The notes under the pieces: model-generated | Told to the model about the DNA's origin: nothing | The model's input: only the letters and a program-made list of their open reading frames with translations | The model's database searches: none | In this document: positions 44,314 to 56,025 of the stretch, piece after piece | How positions within the stretch are numbered: the first letter of the stretch is position 1 | Layout of the letters: the number at the start of each line of letters is the position of its first letter | Assembly (NCBI GenBank): GCA_020137815.1 | Contig: CM035351.1 | Span: 6,138,001 to 6,202,000 of the forward strand | DNA length: 64,000 nt | DNA from: Hormiphora californensis | Taxonomy: Eukaryota > Animalia > Ctenophora | Direction: 5' to 3' | Position numbers and translations under genes: made by a program

Positions 44314-44511
44314 AGGAGTTTTTTCTTTATTAACCTGATGCGTACACTCCGGGGTAGTTTTACAATAGACATTTTGTTATGCCGCTGTCAAGGTTTTTCT
44401 TTCCAACCAGACTTTTAAATATTAAATCGCGTTTGATATCTATCGTTCGATCCTGTCTATTACATCCTGGTTTATTCAATTACAATTAACACTAATTATC
44501 CTTCTCAGATC

Positions 44512-45753
44512 ATGTTAAAACCGTATGTCAGTAAAAAGAGGAAAACTACCCACCCTTCCCATCCTACTCCTGATGATCCCAATAAGCCGGGCCCTGTAAT
44601 CAACAAATGTAACCCTAAATGCAGTAGTTTCAACCCCGTACCCAGCTCTAAAGATGACGGTTTCCCTTTCTCAATCCTCCTCCCTGGTTTTGCTAATGAG
44701 ATTCTCTGGGTGACGGAGGGGGAGGATGATGAGTCGAGGGTTTACCTGGCACTCCTTACTGGACATATTGGGAGACTGTGTTTATGTCGGAGGAAGTTTG
44801 CATCCTTCTACAAGGTTGACAGTATTCCCCGGGGTTTGAGTGTTTCTAATGGTGTTGCAGAGTTTGTTACTTATTCAGGAGTATACCATCGTGTTACAAT
44901 AACAACAACAGCTCCTGTTAAACTTGTTACCATAGCAACAACAGCTCCTGTTAAACCAGTTACCATAGCAACAACAGCTCCTGTTAAACCAGTTACCATG
45001 GTAACAGTTCCTGTTAAACCAGTTACCATAGCAACAACAACTCTTCATAAACCAATTACCAAGGAGAAAGTCCACGCGGCGGTGTCATGGGATGGTCACC
45101 TTATTCTGGGTTGTGACACCCACCTTCTCCTCGCCAAATCAGGGGAAATTATCAAACAGTTTGGGATCCAATCACCTGGTCCGGTAAATTCTATGGTGGT
45201 ATACTACGGCACCCTGTTTGTAGCCTATGACAACAACCAAAACACCTCCGCAAACAACTCAATTGTAGGGTATGACCTTCCCTCAGGAGGGGGTATAGTT
45301 GCTACTGGCCTCACCTCATCCCTCTCCGGCTGTGCAGCTCTAGTCACTGGACATGAACCCTGGATATATTGTGTAGATAGGATGGGAGGTATGACGAGAT
45401 TCAGAGGATTCCCTCCCTTCACTCGAGACAAGAAGTGGAGTTTGAAGGTTGCTAGGCCGGAGTATAGTAACATGATTGCAGTTGATAGTCAGGGTAGAAT
45501 CATATACGGGGGTGAGAGTGGAAAACTTTCAATGAAGACTCGGGGGAAGACATATTATCCTAAGATCTCCGATAGTCCTCTTGCTAATATTACAGTGAGT
45601 GAGGTGAGAGATGTTATTCGGGCTACTGTGTGTACCTGGGAGGGAGATCAGTTGTTTATGATTGATATAGATGAACTTTGTAAAAATATAACGAGTCAGA
45701 GTGCGATGAGAAAAGAGTATAATGGCTACCGTTCACTGAGATGTATGTATTGA
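44512..45753 (+). CDS. Uncharacterised 413-aa protein: basic N-terminus, probable degenerate beta-propeller, internal 11-aa repeat
   Basis: Single long ORF; WD-like blades (PVNSMVVYYGTLFVAYDN..IVGYDL; IAVDSQGRIIYGGESGKL); 33-bp repeat at about 44893-45040. Confidence 0.6.
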   Translation: MLKPYVSKKRKTTHPSHPTPDDPNKPGPVINKCNPKCSSFNPVPSSKDDGFPFSILLPGFANEILWVTEGEDDESRVYLALLTGHIGRLCLCRRKFASFYKVDSIPRGLSVSNGVAEFVTYSGVYHRVTITTTAPVKLVTIATTAPVKPVTIATTAPVKPVTMVTVPVKPVTIATTTLHKPITKEKVHAAVSWDGHLILGCDTHLLLAKSGEIIKQFGIQSPGPVNSMVVYYGTLFVAYDNNQNTSANNSIVGYDLPSGGGIVATGLTSSLSGCAALVTGHEPWIYCVDRMGGMTRFRGFPPFTRDKKWSLKVARPEYSNMIAVDSQGRIIYGGESGKLSMKTRGKTYYPKISDSPLANITVSEVRDVIRATVCTWEGDQLFMIDIDELCKNITSQSAMRKEYNGYRSLRCMY

Positions 45754-46048
45754 TTTGACGATAATCAAACAGTTTCGTCCTATCACGATATCATCAGTGC
45801 TCGAATAGTTTGCTCAAATGAATTTTTAATCTATTTTTAGACTTTTTTACACTACTTTTTAAACGTTTTATTGTATCCGATTGATTAACTTATTAATTTA
45901 GCAAATTCCAGTATTTTTACTATTATCTACCCAATAATTAGTAACTCCCTCTAGTTTGTACACCTCCCATCTCTCCCTGTAGTTTGTAGCTACCCAATAA
46001 CCCCTCCCATCTATAGTTTGTACCCTCCCATCTCTCCCTCTAGTTTGT

Positions 46049-46258
46049 ATGTCTGGAGGTAACCCCGGACCAGTCCAGTCACTAACCCGCCCCGTTAAAG
46101 TTTGGAACTTCGTCAACTCCGGTCGAGGTTTAATTTCCTTTTGGGGCCTCTGTTTTGTCGGTGCTATCTCTAGTGTAGTGCACCTGAAGAGAAGGTATAC
46201 TCGAGTCAGGAAGGAGACAGTAAGAGAGAAGGTGCTCCAGAAGCAACTTAAAGCATGA
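46049..46258 (+). CDS. 69-aa single-pass membrane micropeptide (recalls DUF4748-type proteins)
   Basis: NSGRGLISFWGLCFVGAISSVVHLKRR is a hydrophobic segment followed by a basic tail; pyrimidine tract plus AG 5 nt before the ATG. Confidence 0.55.
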   Translation: MSGGNPGPVQSLTRPVKVWNFVNSGRGLISFWGLCFVGAISSVVHLKRRYTRVRKETVREKVLQKQLKA

Positions 46259-46992
46259 AGAACCTTACCAAAACAAAGTAAGTTAATATACCGGCTGAAA
46301 AATCTCACTTTTCTGAACTTCCTAAAGTGCTTTATAAGGGCATTATGAGTGCTTTATCTCATTTTTCCTAGCGTATACTTAGTAGTTTTCATAGCCCAGG
46401 AAATGTTTATTTGGCAGACAGCCATCTATAATAATGGTGTATTTCTCCCTCGCGACTAACTCCCCCCTCTACATTAGGTACGAGCCTCCCCCGAGTTTTA
46501 CTCCCCTGGATGACCCCGGATTGGATGGAAAGGAGCTGTGGCTGGTACAGATCCCTCCCGGGGTAAGTGTAGTTTAGTTTAATGTGAATTGTGATTTGTG
46601 GGGTAAGTAGTGTGATAGTGCAATAGAACCTCGATATAAATGATATAACAAACTGAAAATCTGCCCAATCTGTGGATGCAGTATATGCATTTGTTCGGTT
46701 ACTGGTTTTCATAAAATGTTGATTCGTGTTCCAGGTTGATGCCAGTGAGTTGGCGGGCAAGAAGATTCGTCTGAAGAACAACAAGGCAGTGGCAGTTAAC
46801 AACAATACAGAGCTCTTCATTCAGAAGAACTGCCCAGGACATGCTGTTACCGGACCTGATCAGATATCACCATTCGCGGGTCAGATCACAGTGCGACACA
46901 AGATCGAGATACCCCTGAGCAATGAAATAATGCCTCTACCTACACCTGGGGATATTCCGGAGGGACTGAAATACCGTCTGGGCAGGAACTAG
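46255..46992 (+). CDS. POLR1G: RNA polymerase I subunit RPA34/PAF49 homolog (exons 46255-46277, 46478-46562, 46735-46992)
   Basis: Spliced MKNLTKTKYEPPPSF...ELWLVQIPPGVD...IPEGLKYRLG matches the RPA34 motifs (PPxF, ELWLIQAP, IPxGLRxR); GT-AG phases are consistent. Confidence 0.7.
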
Positions 46993-47372
46993 GAGATCGG
47001 TGAAAGCTGTCACCTCAGAAACTAGGATGTCCGTTTCTAACTCTATTTAAAAACTCAACTTGCCGGGATCTTCCTGACCCTCATCGTGTTTTTTTCCTGG
47101 CATTTATCATATCTTTAATTTATTATAACCTTCCTAAACCATGTTGTGGTAATTTTCCATGTACCTCTCTCCCCACCCTTTACCCTAACTCCTCTCTCCC
47201 TCTTCCCCACTCTCTCCCTTTCTCTTTACCCACAAACCCCACCCTTTACCCTAATTTTTCCCTTTTCCCCACTCTCTTTCTTTCTCTTTACCCACAAACC
47301 CCACCCTTTACCCTATCCCTAACTCCTCTCCCTCTCCCTCTTCCCCACTTACCCATCACCCATCTCTGTAGA

Positions 47373-50300
47373 ATGGAGGTGTTGATCCAGAAGGAGTTGC
47401 CTGACCTGGATCCCTGCATCCTGGACTACGTCACTGGTATCCTAGGTGATGAGGGCACCACAGAGGACCTCAACTCGTAAGTCTAACAGGTCCGTTATTG
47501 GAATAACGAGGCCCCCTTCCCAACTATCATATAGTTTCAAGTGATTAACGAGGCTCCCTTCCCAACTATCATATAGTTTCAAGTGATTAACAAGACCCCC
47601 TTCCCAACTATCGGGGGGGGGCCAACGAATTTTTTATATATTTCCTTAATTTTGGAATTTTTTATATATATATAAAAATATATAAAAATATATAAAAATA
47701 TATAAAAATATATAAAAATATATAAATAATATATAAAAATATATAAAAATATATAAAAATATATAAAATAAACCCTTTTTTCACCCCTTTTACTTTCAAA
47801 AAAGGGGATTATTTCCATCTATTGTTCACTTGAATATGTTTCATAGAGTTAATTTAAGTGTTTGAGAGGGTGATAGCTGTTTTACATAAGTGAGAATGTG
47901 TTCAAAAGTGAATTATGCACTGTCAAAAGTAGAACTGGTGAAGAGAGGTTCCGGCCTAATAATATCTACCAGTTGTGTGATTTCAATCATTTTTTGTATG
48001 TATAGAGTTTCGGTCGGTGATTGCCTTTCGGAAACCCTTGCTTTACTTTGTGGAGTCCCTCAAGGGTCCCTCCTTGGTCCTATTTTGTTCCTACTCTACA
48101 TCGAGGCTGTACAAGATATTGTGGAGCCATATGGACTCCGGATAAAGTTATATGCAGATGATTCCCAGCTCTACGTGAGTCTGGTTCCTACGGATGCTGC
48201 TGGCTGGGTTGAGGCAAAGGTGGATATTGAGGAGTGTCTGGCGAAGGTGAAGAGGTGGATGGTAGGGCAGTGGTTGAAGTGTAATGAGGCCAAAACGGAA
48301 TTCATCCTGCTTGGAAAGCGCAGTTCTCTAAGCAAAGTCTCTTTTGATCCAGTTATTAACTTTGGAGGAACGGAAATCTCCCCCAGTGAATGTAGTGGAA
48401 CAGATGGTAAAACCCTGGGAATTCTCTTGGATCATAATCTTGGCCTTGAACGACAGGTTAACAATGTGAGGAAACAGTGTGGGCTGATGTTACGAAACCT
48501 TTGGCAACTGCACAGGTGTTTTGATATCCCAACAAAGATAATGTTGGTCAAACAGTTGATTTTATCGAGGATAGACTACAGTAACATTCTGTATTGTGGA
48601 CTTCCTGGTCGAGTTCTCAGTGGGCTCCAGAAGCTTCTCAATGCCTGTGTTCGTTTTGTATTTAACCTCCACGGACACCAGGACAACTACATGGAGTATT
48701 TCAGGCAGTGTCATATTTTACCGATCTCCTACAGGTTGGACTTCAAAGCATGTTTGATTGCCTATAAAATAGTCAATGGAACAGCCCCGTGTTATCTCCA
48801 GGATTTGGTGCCACGTGATGAGACTTGGGGAACCTCTAGGACAACGAGGATGACTAATGTTCCGGATCCCTATAGGTTAAAACATCCAAAGATGACCAGT
48901 ATCAATGCCAACTCTAAGTTGAGACGTAGGAGGTTATCAGTATTCCTGCCTTCTGTCTGGAATGAGCTTCCTCTTGAGCTCAGGTCAATCCCCAATGTGG
49001 ATACTTTCAAAACCCGGCTGAAAACACATCTCTTCGTTGGTGCATTTGGAGTGGGTGATGGGGAACCCATGGCTGAGTTGTAATGTTTGTTGTAGTTGTG
49101 GGGCCTGCGGGCAATCGGTGTCATCCTCTCTCTAGCCATGTTATTAATTCATTACCTAGTATCCTTTTTCGAGCAGGTGTGAGTATAGTGTGTTTTAATT
49201 TATATCTACAGGATTATGGGACCAGTTATTCCCTCAGTTTTATAAGTCAAGTTTATTTAGTCGTCTATATATTGTTTTTCAACCAGAGCTGTTCGAGTGT
49301 GTCATATAATTAGTCGAGGATATACCGCTCTGATGATTCGGCGGAACATCGTCAATATTTTGACATGTCTCTGTCGGGTATGGGCGGTATATAAGCGCGG
49401 AATATTATTATTATTATTATTATTATTATGTTGATCCGTGCAGATGTACTAGAACTGGTGAAGAGAGGTTGGGATCGCGAAACTAAAAAAACAAATCATT
49501 TTTGACGTCATTTTGACGTCATGACGTTATTGACGCGACGTCACGATGTTACAAACGTCACATTGATGACGGAAAATCATCAGGATTATCTAGATGAAGA
49601 TGCTGACCAAGTTTGAGATCAATTGAATGATATTTGATCCCGCTATGGCGAAAAACAGCTTTCTGTTTTCACACTTTCGGCACAATTTTTTATATATTTT
49701 TATATATTTTTTATATATTTTTATATATTTTTATATATTCATATGTATTTTTATATATTTTTATATATTTTATATATATATAAAAAATTATGTTTTTTTT
49801 TTCCAAAAAAAAGGTATATAAAATATATAAAAATATATAAAAAATGAGCGTTGGCCCCCCCCCCAACTATCATATAGTTTCAAGTGATTAACGAGACCCC
49901 CTTCCCAACTATCATATAGTTTCAAGTGATTAACGAGGCCCCCTTCCCAACTATCATATAGTTTCAAGTGATTAACGAGACCCCCTTCCCAACTATCATA
50001 TAGTTTCAAGTGATTAACGAGACCCCCTTCCCAACTATCATATAGTTTCAAGTGATTAACGAGGCCCCCTTCCCAACTATCATATAGTTTCAAGTGATTA
50101 ACGAGACCCCCTTCCCAACTATCATATAGTTTCAAGTGATTAACGAGGCCCCCTTCCCAACTATCATATAGTTTCAAGTGATTAACGAGGCCCCCTTCCC
50201 AACTATCATATAGTTTCAAGTGATTAACGAGACCCCCTTCCCAACTATCATATAGTTTCAAGTGATTAACGAGGCCCCCTTCCCAACTATCATATAGTTT

Positions 50301-53300
50301 CAAGTGATTAACGAGGCCCCCTTCCCAACTATCATATAGTTTCAAGTGATTAACAAGACCCCCTTCCCAACTATCATATAGTTTCAAGTGATTAACGAGG
50401 CCCCCTTCCCAACTATCATATAGTTTCAAGTGATTAACGAGACCCCCTTCCCAACTATCATATAGTTTCAAGTGACCATTTTGGTATCATTATATCTCTC
50501 GCTTTTTCCTCTTCGCTCAAAGTTAATCCTATCTCAAAGTGACTTAGTTAACAATAAATTGGACCCAATATGTTTCAGGTCAGAAGATCTGTACGATATG
50601 ATAGGACCCTTTCTGTTGAGTGGCTGTCCAGATGTTGACGAGTGTCAGATCAACAAGCTGTGTAAGAAGCTGTACAAGGATCACATAGCGAGGGATCAGG
50701 CCCCACCTGCCACAACCACAGACACCGTGCTGAGTGCCCCCATTCAGATGTCTAACATGAAAATAGTGGATGATAATAGTAAGTAACGTGTTGATTAGAG
50801 AGAACTTCTTCCACTGGTGTTTATTGTTTCTGTTTGTTATTCGTTCTTCTCCGATCGAGCACTGTTCCCTGAATGTTAAACTAAACAACTAAAAACTACC
50901 CCGTTCAGTGCTGAGTGCGAATATCTGGAAGGCTACCAAGAACGAGAATGTGTCATTTGTGGACAAACAGAAGTTAGAGAAGGCAGAGGCCAAGATTAGA
51001 GAGAAGGCCGAGAAGAACAAGACAAAGGAAGCGAACAAGAAGGCACCTCCTAAAGCCATACACAACGACTCCGGAACTGTAAGTTGACTGAAATGTATGA
51101 TATCTGATTCTTATCTATCATGCTAGCACTATAGTGTGTGTTATCGGGGGATCTTGTAGTAATGTGTATTTGTTCAAGGATAGAGTAGGCCGTCTGCGGG
51201 TCAAAATGGTTCAACTATTTAAAACACCCTGTACAGGTGCAACAAGCGGTGAATAAGAGAGATATGCACTTGACGTCCAAGAGTGACATCCACATTAGTG
51301 ATATAGACCTCATGTATGGGGAGAAGAAACTACTACTGGATACATCCATCACCATCAACTATGGGTTCAGGTAGGCCTACTGCATCAGGCGAGAGAGATG
51401 GGAGGGAGAGGTCCTAGGACCCTGAGCCCAGTTGAACTTCTTATGCCAAGTTCCTGAGTATTTTCTCTTTCTATTTACCTTTCTCATGACTTACTTTCAG
51501 ATATGGACTGGTAGGCCGTAACGGGTTGGGCAAGTCCACTCTGATGAACGCTATAGCTCGCCGAGAACTAGCCATCCCACCTGCTGTCTCCATGCTTCAT
51601 GTGGCTCAGGAAGTCGAGGGTGAGTATTTCCCACGGTTTCAACTTCCCTGATGAGCCCACTTCGTGACACCCAAACGGGGCTCTAATCTGCACGTGTAGA
51701 TGGTGTGGGACACACACCAGTCACACTCCCGCCACGCACATATCTGGAACGCGCGGGGCCTCAATACGTTCAGTTGGCATCGTCACACTTTCTCTTTAAC
51801 GCGCGCACCCAGACCAGACTCCCACAGACCATGCTGCTCCCGGGCTTGTGTCCAACCTCCCTATCCCATGCAAAAACAATCACATTATAGGCTACCTTTG
51901 TCTCCTTCACTCTTCAGGTACGGACACCCTGGCTATTGCCTCTGTACTGGAATGTCATTTGGAGTTGGCGGCACTGAAAGAACGAGAGAGGAAGGCTAAT
52001 GAAGCATTATCTGCTAATGAGGGGAATGAGGCAGCAGCCAAGGAACTTAGTGATGTGTTTGCTAAACTTCAGGAGATTGATGCTGACAGTGCTGAGTCAA
52101 AGGCAGCCACCATTCTCTCTGGTATGTGTGTGTGTGTGTGTGTGCGTGTTTAATTGGGTACTTGTGTTGTACCCCTACATATAACAGCTGGGTTTAAGTT
52201 ACATCCTCCCGTAATACAATTAACTGTAGGTACTAACCCATTAGCTCCCTAGGTGTGGGTATTCTAACCCATCTTCCCTTCCTAGGTCTGGGTTTCACTA
52301 CCAAGATGCAGGGTATGGCAACAAAAGAGTTCAGTGGTGGATGGAGGATGAGGTTAGCGCTTGCCAGGGCTCTCTTCACCCAACCTGACCTACTGCTACT
52401 TGACGAACCCACAAACATGTTGGATATCAAGGCCATCATCTGGCTGGAGCAGTACCTACAGAACTGGCCCACCACCCTTCTGGTCATCTCTCACGACTTC
52501 ACATTCCTGGACGCGGTAGCTAACATGATCTTCCATCTTCATTCCCAGAAGATTGACACCTACAAGGGTGACTTCGAGACCTTCCTGAAGTCCAAGACGG
52601 AGAAATTGAAGGCACAGCAAGCTGAGTACGAGGCACAAGTAGCAGAGAGGGCACACATCCAAGCCTTTATCGACAGATTCAGGGTGAATGCTAACCGGGC
52701 TGCCCTGGTACAGAGTAAAATCAAGATGTTGGAGAGAATGCCCAAACTTCGTGCTGTTGAGGCCGAGAAAGATGTGGTGTTCAAATTCCCTGAGGTTGAC
52801 GGTAACCTCGCACCTCCCATTGTGAGGCTAGAGGAGGTCACATTCCATTACGAGAAGGACCTGCCCATGTTTAACAAGATCGATATCTCGGCTGATATGG
52901 AGAGTAGGATATGTCTGGTGGGAGAGAACGGGGCTGGTAAATCTACCCTGCTGAAACTCCTAGTTAACCAGTTGGAACCTGTGGATGGGTATGTGTTCCA
53001 TCACCGGCACCTCAGGGTGGGGTACTTCTCCCAGCACTTTGTGGACCAGCTCACCATGGATGACAGTCCAGTGAGCTTCATGGGCAGTCAGTTCCCTGGG
53101 ACGGACTCAGAGCACTGTAGGAGGCTGATTGGACGGTTCGGGATATCAGGAGAGATCGCCATGAGGCCCATCAGTACTCTTAGCGGAGGTAAGGAAGTCA
53201 TCTTTTACAGAGATTGATGATAGGGTAAGCTGGGGTAGTTTGGCCCGCGGGGTAAAGTGGCCCATGTATGGGGCAAAGTGGCCCTAGTTATTACATGTGG

Positions 53301-54671
53301 TCACGTGACATTTTCTCCAGCGGAGACCTGCTCGTTCTGTTCCGAATTTTCGCTTTAAAACTACTGTCATTTCTGTTTGGGTTGGCCGATTTTAATTTTG
53401 CAAAAACTGCCAGTTAGGTTTTATAATTCTCTAAAACGTGGTATAAAAATTTTGAAGAAATTGGCATTTTTGTTGTCTTAATTGTCAATTAAGTGAAATC
53501 GGGGCGAATATGGCCCACTCTCCAGGGCAAAGTGGTCCGGTCTGGGGCAAAGTGGCCCACCTCTAGGACCAATGAAATGGCGCCTGCAATACCACGTGAC
53601 ATTGGAATGCACAAAAATGTAGTCCAGACGGTCAAATTAGGGGCAAAGTGGCCCATGTCCCAGTGCAGAACATGGGCCACTTTGCCCCTAATTTGATCGT
53701 TTCGTCTAACAACACCAGGCACGTGATAAAATCGAGCAATGCTATTGGCTTGGGCCACTTTGCCCCGGTGCAAATTTTCCAAAAAACGCCTCACCAAATT
53801 ATTTGAATTGATTAATTAACCCATTAAATAAAACTTGTAGATTTTAAAATTTAGCTCGGCTGAAAGGAAAAGGTTTCATTGGATAGCCTATATAATTTTT
53901 TTCTTCCTGCTGTATATATTGCGTATTTGAGAACCTAAAACGTTAAAAATGGGCCACTTTTGCCCCAGCTTACCCTATCAATGTTTAGATTTTAAATGGA
54001 CACTTATAATATTACAAGCCAATTTGGGACCAATTTCGATACGATATCTTCATCTTGGTTTCCCATTTCTCAGGACAGAAAAGCAGGGTAGCATTTGCAG
54101 TATTGTGTGCTAAAGAGCCCAACTTTATTGTACTTGACGAACCTACTAATCATCTTGATATGGAGACCATCGAGGCACTCGGAAAGGGTAAGGTCCTTCA
54201 AACGTTGCATAATGCATTGTCTAGCAGGCCGTATTTTTGTAGTTCTGACTGGCCAAATCTCAAAAATCTGATCCAATTTGTGTTGTGACCCAATTTTACG
54301 AGATCGGATCAAAATGGAAAACCATGTTGTTCATTTCAGTATTTTAATTTCGGTTTTTCAATATCACACTTGACCCATTTCATCAGCCATTAAGAACTAC
54401 AAGGGAGGAGTGATTATGGTTTCTCACGACGAGCGTCTCATTGCTATGATCTGTAATCAACTGTGGTGGTGCAAGGATCACAAGGTAAAGTATAGAGATC
54501 CAAAACACAGACATTATCTAGGCAGGATTGCTGGTAGTCCAATCCCGTTGCCATGGTTACCATTATATATCTACTACTACCATATGCCTCCCATATTAGG
54601 TGCGAATGTTGGAGGGAGGAATCAAAGAGTACAGGAAGCTGATGGAGCTGGAACTCCAGGCTAAGAACTAA
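47373..54671 (+). CDS. ABCF3: ATP-binding cassette subfamily F member 3 (GCN20-like)
   Basis: N-terminus [17 protein letters not shown]; two ABC domains ([33 protein letters not shown]; [29 protein letters not shown]); no TM segments. TAA at 54669-54671. Confidence 0.93.
47503..47612. repeat. 42-bp minisatellite, left part (~2.5 units)
   Basis: ttaacgaggcccccttcccaactatcatatagtttcaagtga. Confidence 0.9.
47613..49863. mobile_element. G-tract-terminal foldback/MULE-like element inserted in the minisatellite
   Basis: G9ccaacg ... cgttggC9-10; 8-9 bp TSD (c)caactatc; subterminal tataaaaata arrays. Confidence 0.75.
47995..49429 (+). mobile_element. 5'-truncated CR1/L2-group LINE (RT C-terminal half)
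   Basis: [16 protein letters not shown]...[40 protein letters not shown]; 3' UTR ending in (TTA)n. Confidence 0.9.
49864..50475. repeat. 42-bp minisatellite, right part (~14.5 near-identical units)
   Basis: Directly visible; units differ at only 1-2 positions. Confidence 0.95.
53223..53975. mobile_element. Tc1/pogo-like non-autonomous element in an ABCF3 intron
   Basis: TA|gggtaagctgggg...ccccagcttaccc|TA; internal ggggcaaagtggccc repeats. Confidence 0.8.
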
Positions 54672-55069
54672 CAACCCATCGTCCTGTATGTGTGTGTCGC
54701 ACCCACTGCGGAGAACAGGTATACCGCCGTGGCACACCACTCCTGAACTTGACTGAGGAAGGACTTTTTAACCAATTGACTGGATCTGGCAGAGTGTGTG
54801 TGTTACACGGTGACGTCATTGCGCGTTACGGTTACCTATTTTGCGCAAAGTTATTATTTCCGGGGTAGATAACGTTTTGAGTCACGTGTTGTGTTGTACA
54901 TTCTCAAATTCTCGTTTATAAACTTGACAAATAACGTACATCGTGAGAATATAATAATCAAAAAACCCAAAAATATCCAGTATCCTTGATCCCTCACAAT
55001 ATATCCCGGTACAGATACTCAGTTCCATTACACAGTTCTTGCTTTCCCATTACCATTACTCCATTTATC

Positions 55070-55900
55070 GGGGGGGGGGGGCCGGCTGAAGTTTTTGAAG
55101 TTTGAAGTTTTCCACCCTACTTTTTGAGTTTTTGAAGTTTTTTAAGTTGGCTTCAAAAACTTCAAAAACTTCAAAAACTCTAAACTACTTTTATATGCTA
55201 TCAGTGACTATTATTACACTTGTTTAGGTTAGTTTCATGCTTAATACATAGTGTGGCAAAGTTATCCGTCCTTGTCTGCCCTTTTTCTACCGCAAATTAG
55301 GATATTTACAATGATTCCTAGCCGTGAAATCCATGGCACAATTTGGTGTAAATAATTTAAATTTTTTGTAAAAACTGACTTTATTTTCATTCTATAACTC
55401 AAAAAATTGCCTAGAAAATGCTAAGAAAGTGTTAAAAAAATTATGAAGTAAATTTTCAAATTTTTTTTGGGGCCACACCCTTTTTGCCAGTTTCACAAAA
55501 TGCAAATTTTTTATGAAGGGAGTAGTGAAAAAAATATGGACACTAAAATCATCAGCGGCCTCGAGTTAGTGGGGGTACGTGCCAAAATGAAGTCTCCACC
55601 TCATCTAATTCGAGGGATAATGGGATATTTTCATAATTTTGTGTGTGTGCATGACTTTTTTTGGGCTAGACCAGTTTTAATGGTTTATGAGTGACTATAG
55701 GCTTTTTAAAGGGGTGCATCTTGTTCGGAATATGCAACTTTATATAAGAGTTATGAAGCAACATAGGGCCTATCTCCAACGGTTTAGGAGATATGAGTTT
55801 TTGAAGTTTTTGAAGTTTTTGAAGTTTTCCACCCTAAGTTTCTCTTTGAAGTTTTTGAAGTTGACTTCAAAAACTTCAAAAACTTCAGCCGGCCCCCCTC
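55070..55900. mobile_element. G-tract-terminal foldback/MULE-like element
   Basis: G12ccggctgaagtttttgaag ... cttcaaaaacttcagccggcccccctc; 9-bp TSD ccatttatc (55061-55069 and 55901-55909). Confidence 0.8.
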
Positions 55901-56025
55901 CCATTTATCAACTCCTTATAATTACAATATTTCTCTCCCCCACAATTCCTTGTTTATAAACAAGTACACCCTGAATCTACCACAGTTCACATTGCTGATC
56001 CCATCCTATACACCTGTCTCCCTGA

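Noticed and set aside
49320-49400. Hammerhead ribozyme (ctgatga) in the LINE 3' UTR
   Set aside because: No correctly placed GAAA or stems; more likely the ordinary LINE 3' stem-loop.
49788-50475. CRISPR-like array or 227-aa repeat protein
   Set aside because: Head-to-tail 42-bp units with no unique spacers, no cas genes, and located in an ABCF3 intron; the ORF is a by-product of the repeat.
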